Source of the DNA: Planctomycetota bacterium
GTDB lineage: Bacteria > Planctomycetota > UBA1135 > UBA2386
Length of the DNA stretch: 64,000 nucleotides
Assembly (NCBI GenBank): GCA_965228735.1
Contig: OZ245838.1
Coordinates: 5,792,001 to 5,856,000, forward strand
Direction of reading: 5' to 3'
Under the pieces are notes generated by a model that worked only from the letters and a program-made list of their open reading frames with translations, made no database searches and was not told the origin of the DNA. Shown here piece after piece: positions 58,336 to 64,000 of this stretch (its first letter is position 1; each line of letters starts with the position of its first letter). Position numbers and translations under genes: made by a program.

Positions 58336-59628
58336 ATGATTCGCCGTTCGGTGTTGCCCGATTCTCGCGATCGGCTCTGGCCGGTCTTCGCCGCCCGACT
58401 CGACGCGATCGAACACGGCCTCACGCTGGTGCTCGAAGGGCTCGATTGTTCCAGCGGCCAGCACGGCGTCGCCGACGGCCTCGCGCGCGACGGCGCCGGC
58501 GCGCCCGTGCTCGTGCTCGTCGCGACGCCCGGCGATTCGCTGCTCTTGCCGCGCGTCGTGTCCGCCGCGGAGTTCCTCGGCCGCGTCGGCGACGCGCTCG
58601 TCACGGCGGTGCCCGAGGGCAACTTCTGCCGCGGCACGCTGGCGCGGGTTCTCGTCGTCGGGACCGATGCCGCGACGACGGCGCTGCACGCGCTCGTCGC
58701 GCTCGGCCTGCCGCGCGTCGAGGTCTGTCGGCTCGAGCCGTTCCGGCTGGCCGGGACCGAGCGCTTCGCGATCACGTGGTTGACCGGGGACGGGGCCACG
58801 GCAGTTCGCAGCGGCGAGGTTGCCGCGTCCGGCGAGACCGCCGGCTCGCGCGCCCGCGCTGCCGGCGAACGGGCATCTGGCCAACCGCGATCGTCGACCA
58901 CATCGGTCGAAGGCGAACGCTTCGAGGCTTCGCTTCGCGCCGATCAACGCGCGTTGTGGCAGGTGCTCGTGAAGATCTGCGAGCGCCTCGACGACGGCGT
59001 CTGCATCGAGCGCGACGGTCTGCTCCGGCGCATCACGTGGCAGGGCCGGCTCCTCGGCCGCGTTGCGAGCCTCGACAGCACGCTGCGGGCGACCGCGGCC
59101 GACGGCACCGAACACACCGTTCTGTCCAAGGGCGACGTCCGCGCGTTCGCCGACCGGCTCATGCGGCGTTACGCCGAGCTCGCCGGTCTGTGCGCGGCCG
59201 TCGACACCGCGTCGACCTCGGCGGCCGCTCGGTCTGCCGACGCTCGCTCTTCGAGTGCTGGGTCTTCGAGTGCTGGGTCTTCGAATGCTGCGGCGATCGG
59301 CGCGCAGGCGTCGCCGGGCCATTCGGCAGGCGATCACGGCGCCACCAAGGGCGCTGCGGTCGTGGCGACCGACCCGCAGGCAGAACTTCTCGCCGCTTCC
59401 CCGACTGATCCCATCTCGCACCCCGAACGCGCGATCCGAGCTGCCGGCGACGCTGGCCGCCCGGGTGACGACAACGGGCGGGATCGACTTCGATCGTCCG
59501 AGCGCAGCACCCTGCGCGCGGCGGTCTCCGAGGCCCTGCTCTCCCCCGAGGAGTTCGCGGCCTTGGCCGAACCTCAGCAAACCGCTGACCCCCAGACGGG
59601 AGCCCCGCCGCCGCAGCCGCCCGACTGA
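58336..59628 (+). CDS. hypothetical protein; N-terminus resembles a degenerate PD-(D/E)XK/NucS-like fold; low-complexity C-terminus
   Basis: GGAGG RBS; ADGLARDGAGAPVLVLV; 15-bp tandem repeat (SSAGS) near 59250-59290. Confidence 0.65.
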   Translation: MIRRSVLPDSRDRLWPVFAARLDAIEHGLTLVLEGLDCSSGQHGVADGLARDGAGAPVLVLVATPGDSLLLPRVVSAAEFLGRVGDALVTAVPEGNFCRGTLARVLVVGTDAATTALHALVALGLPRVEVCRLEPFRLAGTERFAITWLTGDGATAVRSGEVAASGETAGSRARAAGERASGQPRSSTTSVEGERFEASLRADQRALWQVLVKICERLDDGVCIERDGLLRRITWQGRLLGRVASLDSTLRATAADGTEHTVLSKGDVRAFADRLMRRYAELAGLCAAVDTASTSAAARSADARSSSAGSSSAGSSNAAAIGAQASPGHSAGDHGATKGAAVVATDPQAELLAASPTDPISHPERAIRAAGDAGRPGDDNGRDRLRSSERSTLRAAVSEALLSPEEFAALAEPQQTADPQTGAPPPQPPD

Positions 59629-59663
59629 CGCGACTGCGCGGCGCGGCTGGTGCAACCTGCGAG

Positions 59664-60575
59664 GTGCACGTGGAACGCAACTGGCACGCCGGCAACCCCC
59701 GACGCGGACTCCTCCATCGGCTCTTTCGACGCGGTGGCGGCCGGGTCCCGCAGCCGCATCGCGAAGCCTCGGTGCTCACGTTCGCGAGCGGCAAGGGCGG
59801 CACGGGCAAGACCTTCTTGTCCACGAGCGTCGCGATCGCGGCCCATCGGCAGGGTCGCCGTGTCGTCGTCGTCGACTGTGACTTCGGGCTCGCGAACGCG
59901 CACCTGCTGTTCGGCGTGCAACCGACCTGCACGCTCAAGAACGTGCTCGACGGCGGCGCGTCCATCGACTGCGCGCTGACGCCGACGCCGTATGGCCCGC
60001 ATCTGCTCGCGGGCGGCTCCGGCATCGCCAGCATGTGCGAGCTCGATCCCGAGCACATGGTCATCGTCGCGCGCGCGATGGATTGGCTCGTGCGCAACTT
60101 CGATCTCGTGATCGTCGACTCGCCCGCGGGACTGTCGCCGCAGGCGCTCGTGATGGCCCTCGCGGCGACCCACGTCGTCGTCGTGACCAATCCGGAGATC
60201 GCGGCGCTCACCGATGCGTACGCGCTGATCAAGTGCCTCTCGAAACAGCCGCGCTGCCCGAGCATGCACGTCGCGGTGAATCGCGTTCTCGAGCCGGGCC
60301 TCGGCACGATGACGTTCGATCGATTGGCGGAAGTTGCCCGGCGGTTCTCGGGGTGCTCGCTGCACTACGTGGGGGAGGTCCCCGACGACCCGGCCGTGAC
60401 GCATCGGCGGCTCGGTCAGGAACCGTTGCTCGTCTCGCATCCCGAATGCCTCACATCCCGCGCGATCGACGCGATGCTCGACGCCATGACGGCGCAGATG
60501 AGCGGCCTCGCGGCGGCGATGGTCACGGGCGACGGCGTGGACGAGCGGATGACGAGCCAGCTGGCGCGCTGGTAG
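59664..60575 (+). CDS. MinD/ParA-family ATPase, FlhG/FleN-like (start uncertain)
   Basis: SGKGGTGKT, DCDFGLAN, VDSPAG, PEIAALTDAYALIK. Confidence 0.88.
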   Translation: MHVERNWHAGNPRRGLLHRLFRRGGGRVPQPHREASVLTFASGKGGTGKTFLSTSVAIAAHRQGRRVVVVDCDFGLANAHLLFGVQPTCTLKNVLDGGASIDCALTPTPYGPHLLAGGSGIASMCELDPEHMVIVARAMDWLVRNFDLVIVDSPAGLSPQALVMALAATHVVVVTNPEIAALTDAYALIKCLSKQPRCPSMHVAVNRVLEPGLGTMTFDRLAEVARRFSGCSLHYVGEVPDDPAVTHRRLGQEPLLVSHPECLTSRAIDAMLDAMTAQMSGLAAAMVTGDGVDERMTSQLARW

Positions 60576-60658
60576 CGGGTGACGGCGGGGTCGCCGGGGG
60601 CGACGACCACGGGGTCGCTGCCACGGGGAACGACACGGGGAACGACACGGGGAGCGAC

Positions 60659-60997
60659 GTGGGGGGCGTCGGTGCCGGGCTGGTCGGGCGCCGCGGGCTG
60701 CTGTTCCGGATCTGGATGGTCGTGACGCTCGGGCTGCTCGTCCGCGCCTTCGCCGGTGGTGTGCTCGGCGCGGATCCGGCGCGCCGCCTCGCGGTCGTCG
60801 AGATCAAGATCGACCTCAACGGCGCCGACCTGTTCGAGTTGCAGGCGTTGCCCGGGGTCGGTCGGACCCGGGCCGAGGCGATCATCCTCCACCGCATCCG
60901 GCACGGGCCGTTCCGGGCGCTCGCTGACCTCGATGCCGTGGACGGCTTCGGGGCGGCGAGCGTCGCGCGCCTCCGGGGGCTTACGGTGCCGCCATGA
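60659..60997 (+). CDS. comEA: ComEA-family helix-hairpin-helix DNA-binding protein (start uncertain)
   Basis: TM segment, then IDLNGA...LQALPGVG..RAEAI...GPF....DL..VDGFG. Confidence 0.8.
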   Translation: MGGVGAGLVGRRGLLFRIWMVVTLGLLVRAFAGGVLGADPARRLAVVEIKIDLNGADLFELQALPGVGRTRAEAIILHRIRHGPFRALADLDAVDGFGAASVARLRGLTVPP

Positions 60998-61101
60998 TCG
61001 GGTGCGGCGGTGTGCCGGCAACGGCTGGGGCAGGCCTTTGGCGGGTCGTCGCGCAGACTCCTATGCGCCGATGCCGGTTCGGGTTAGGCTCTCCCGCCAG
61101 C

Positions 61102-62040
61102 ATGGAAGGCGTTGCCGATGCCGCGCTAGATCCCGTTCGACGGGCGCTCGCAGAAGACCTGGGTCGGGTCGATCTCGACCTGGCTGCGGACGTGACCACG
61201 CGACTGGCGTTGCCCGGTGTCGGTCGCGGGCGTGCCGTCATGGTCAGCAAGGCCACGGGTGTGTTGGCCGGCCTGGACTGCGCGACCGAGGCCTTTCGCC
61301 TGCTCGATCCCGAGGCCGTGATCGCCACGCGGCGCAGCGACGGGGACGCGGTCGAGCCGGGCGACGAGGTGCTGACGGTCGACGCCGAGGTCCACGCGTT
61401 GCTCGTGGCCGAGCGCACGGCCCTCAACTTCGTGCAGCGGCTCTCCGGTGTCGCGACGTTGACGCGCCGCTTCGTCGACGCGGTCGCGGGCACCGGGGCG
61501 CGCATCCTCGACACCCGCAAGACCACACCGGGGCTGCGTGACCTCGAGAAGCGCGCGGTCGTCGCCGGTGGCGGCGAGAACCACCGCATCGGGCTGTTCG
61601 ATCAGGTCTTGCTCAAGGAGAACCACTTCGCCCTCGCGGGCGTGGGGGCGACCGGTCTGACGTTCGAGGACGTCGTCCGGCGCTGCTCCGGCACCGACGC
61701 TCCGGAGGCGCCCGTGATCGCCGAGGCCCGGACGGTCGACGAGGCCGTTGCCGCGGTGCGCGGCGGCGCCGAGGTCGTGCTGCTCGACAATTTCGCGCCG
61801 GGTCAGCTGCTGCGGGCTGCCGTCGCAGCCGTGCATGCGGCAGCGCACGAACTGTCGCGCCGCGTCGAGACCGAGGCGTCGGGCGGGATCCGGCTCGACA
61901 CCGTGCGCGCGTTCGCCGAGTCGGGCGTCGATCGCATCTCGGTCGGCGCGCTGACGCATTCGGCGCCCGCCCTGGACCTGTCGCTCCTCGTGACCGGGAC
62001 CGAGTCCGATGCGGCCCGGACGAAAGGGGGCGGCGCGTGA
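61102..62040 (+). CDS. nadC: nicotinate-nucleotide diphosphorylase (carboxylating)
   Basis: ALAED, AERTALN, SGVAT.T, DTRKTTPG, NHR, LLKENH, LLDNF, EASGGI, ISVGALTHSA. Confidence 0.96.
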   Translation: MEGVADAALDPVRRALAEDLGRVDLDLAADVTTRLALPGVGRGRAVMVSKATGVLAGLDCATEAFRLLDPEAVIATRRSDGDAVEPGDEVLTVDAEVHALLVAERTALNFVQRLSGVATLTRRFVDAVAGTGARILDTRKTTPGLRDLEKRAVVAGGGENHRIGLFDQVLLKENHFALAGVGATGLTFEDVVRRCSGTDAPEAPVIAEARTVDEAVAAVRGGAEVVLLDNFAPGQLLRAAVAAVHAAAHELSRRVETEASGGIRLDTVRAFAESGVDRISVGALTHSAPALDLSLLVTGTESDAARTKGGGA

Positions 62041-62462
62041 GTCACGAATTGACCTTCCTGCCCGAGCCGGGCGTGCTGCGCCAGGTGCGCGAGGACGTGC
62101 GGCAGGCCGCGGCGAAGCTCGGCGCCGAAGAACGGGTGTGCGACACCGCCGCGCTCGTCGTCGACGAACTGGTGAACAACGCGATCGAGCACGGCGTCGC
62201 CTACCGCCGGCACGGCCACGAACTCGAGGTGCGCGTGCTGCCGGCGTCGAGCGGCATCGAGCTCGTGTTCCACGACCCCGAGATGCCGGCGCAGGAAGTG
62301 ACCGACCTCGCCGCGGCGCTCGCCGTCGCGAACGACATGCCGTCGCTCGAGAACGAGCGCGGCCGTGGCCTGTTCCTCATGTCGATCTACCTGTCGGGTC
62401 TCAAGGTCGAGGCCGACAGCCGTGGCGGCATGTCGCTGCGCGGCGTGATCGAGAACGCATGA
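62037..62462 (+). CDS. RsbW-like anti-sigma factor / HATPase domain protein
   Basis: LVVDELVNNAIEHG, ERGRGLFLM. Confidence 0.85.
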   Translation: MSHELTFLPEPGVLRQVREDVRQAAAKLGAEERVCDTAALVVDELVNNAIEHGVAYRRHGHELEVRVLPASSGIELVFHDPEMPAQEVTDLAAALAVANDMPSLENERGRGLFLMSIYLSGLKVEADSRGGMSLRGVIENA

Positions 62463-63064
62463 GCGATCGCGCGCCCGCCCGGGTCGCCGACGCTGGCGAC
62501 GGTCGGGAGGCAGACGCCGGCCGCGCAACTCCGGAGCGCGATGCCCCCGGCTGGGCCCGCAGCCTCGGCGTGAGCCTCCTCGACCTCGCGTTGCGGGTGC
62601 CGTTCGCCATCCGCATCACGTTGCCGTTCGGAATCATGGCGGTGCTGTGGTTCTCCTCCTCCCGCAAGCCGGGTGGGCCGGCGCTGAGCGTGGCCTGGTC
62701 GTTCGTGCACAACAGCGCCCACGTCGTCGCGTTCTTCGGACTCGCCGGCGCCTGGCTCCTGGCCCTGCTCGCGCGTGACCGTTCGGCGCCCGTGCCCGAG
62801 CGACGCATCGTTCGGGCCCGAGCCGCGACGTTCGTCGCCGCGCTGAGCTTGGCGATCGGCTACGGCATCGTCGACGAACTGCACCAGAGCTACGTCCCGG
62901 GTCGCGACAGCTCCGTCTACGACGTGGTCTCGGACGCCTGCGGCGCGGTGCTCGCGGCGCTGTTCGTGTTCTGGCTCGTGCGCGGCCGCAGGAGCGCGCT
63001 GATCGGCCTGTTGCTGACCGCTCTGGCCGCGCTGGCCGGAGTGTCCGCGGCGACGTTCCTGTAG
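62459..63064 (+). CDS. VanZ family membrane protein
   Basis: AHVVAFFGL, YGIVDELHQSYVPGRDSS..DVVSD..G. Confidence 0.88.
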   Translation: MSDRAPARVADAGDGREADAGRATPERDAPGWARSLGVSLLDLALRVPFAIRITLPFGIMAVLWFSSSRKPGGPALSVAWSFVHNSAHVVAFFGLAGAWLLALLARDRSAPVPERRIVRARAATFVAALSLAIGYGIVDELHQSYVPGRDSSVYDVVSDACGAVLAALFVFWLVRGRRSALIGLLLTALAALAGVSAATFL

Positions 63065-63137
63065 GGATCGCAGCGGGAGTCCAGGATTCGTGAATCCGAT
63101 CGGGCTGCTCGCGCGTGATTGTAGTGAGACGGACCCG

Positions 63138-64000
63138 ATGACCCCGCTGGAGCAGGAACTGCTGAACCATGCAGCGTCGCTGCGTGCTCTTGCGCTGGCA
63201 CTCGTCGGCGCCGATGGCGCGGATGACCTCGTGCAGGAAACGGCGCTGCATGCCTTGCGCAGTCGGCCGCGATCGGGTGGGCTCGGCGGCTACTTCGCGA
63301 CGATTCTGCGTCGCCTCGCGAGCACCTCTCGACGCCGCGAACGCCAACGCCGGTTGCGCGAGGCGGTGACGGGCGGGCCGGCCGAGACGCTCGGGCCCGA
63401 GGCAGCTGCGGTTCGGGGCGAAGTGCTCGAACGACTGACGGCGGCGCTCATGGCGCTGCCGCCGCACTACCGCGACGCGCTGTTGCACCGTTACTTCCAG
63501 GATCGCCTGCCCGGCGAGATTGCGGCGGAAACCGGTTTGCCGATCGCCACGGTCAAGACCCGGCTACGGCGCGCGCTCGTGCTGCTCCGACAGTCGTTGG
63601 ACGAGGTGGATCCGGGCGGCTGGCGCTCGTCGTTGACGGCCGCGGTCGGTGCGATCCCGGTGGGGCAAGCACCAGCGAGGTTCCTGTTCATGCACACATT
63701 CACGAAACCGATCGCCGCTGGCCTCGTGTTGATCGCGCTCGGTGCGCTCTGGTTCTCGCTGTCGTCGTCCGGGGCGCCGAGCCCGTCGCCAGCTGCGGTG
63801 GGTCAGTCCGCATCCTTGTCCGCCACGGCGCCATCCGTCGAGCCGATCGGCTCCGAATCAACGGTCGAGCGCGAGTTGCGGCGCGATGACGCAGCCGTCG
63901 CGACCACGCCGACGACCGGCTCCGTTCGCATCCGCGTGCGCTACGAACGCGACGGGGCGCCGGCGTCGGGGTTGGGTATCCAGCTGCGCGGTGCAGGAGC
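63138..64000 (+). CDS. ECF sigma factor with TM segment and extracytoplasmic extension (partial, runs off the window end)
   Basis: Not in the ORF track; translated by hand: MTPLEQELL...ADDLVQET...LPPHYRDALLHRYF...EIAAETGLPIATVKTRLRRA, then a TM segment and PTTGSVRIRV, as in the 20438-23314 protein. Confidence 0.88.
   Translation, partial: MTPLEQELLNHAASLRALALALVGADGADDLVQETALHALRSRPRSGGLGGYFATILRRLASTSRRRERQRRLREAVTGGPAETLGPEAAAVRGEVLERLTAALMALPPHYRDALLHRYFQDRLPGEIAAETGLPIATVKTRLRRALVLLRQSLDEVDPGGWRSSLTAAVGAIPVGQAPARFLFMHTFTKPIAAGLVLIALGALWFSLSSSGAPSPSPAAVGQSASLSATAPSVEPIGSESTVERELRRDDAAVATTPTTGSVRIRVRYERDGAPASGLGIQLRGAG

Noticed and set aside
60622..60658. 12-bp tandem repeat (cacggggaacga) upstream of or within comEA
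   Set aside because: A short slippage repeat with no evident function.
62459..63064. vanZ as evidence of a glycopeptide resistance locus
   Set aside because: VanZ-like proteins are widespread, and no other van genes are present.

Overview
A high-GC, gene-dense bacterial chromosomal segment. Its gene content suggests a Planctomycetota-like organism (ECF sigma factors fused to periplasmic repeats, FG-GAP and HEAT proteins), but this is an inference. Housekeeping genes include xth, a Leu/Phe/Val dehydrogenase, map, kbl, dinB, carA, larB, tsaD, an S41 protease, a sigma-54 regulator, dacB, an MsbA-like ABC transporter, ispD/ispF, ruvC, nadC, a FlhG-like ATPase and comEA. Two runs of short hypothetical genes (about 12.2-18.4 kb and 47-55.6 kb) are interspersed; the first holds a toxin-antitoxin pair and two frameshifted genes. 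I recognised no tRNA, rRNA, CRISPR array, transposase or integrase. The main observations: (1) a dispersed palindromic repeat family whose ends coincide with TGA stops of flanking genes; (2) a shared C-terminal domain on otherwise dissimilar secreted proteins, a candidate sorting signal; (3) an archaeal/eukaryote-type (type II) methionine aminopeptidase; (4) two membrane-anchored ECF sigma fusions, each with an internal RBS and start codon just before the TM segment; (5) pervasive TANNNT boxes 6-11 nt upstream of start codons, suggesting leaderless transcription; (6) a structured leader ahead of the FlhG/comEA operon. All family assignments are by eye, and start codons are best estimates.
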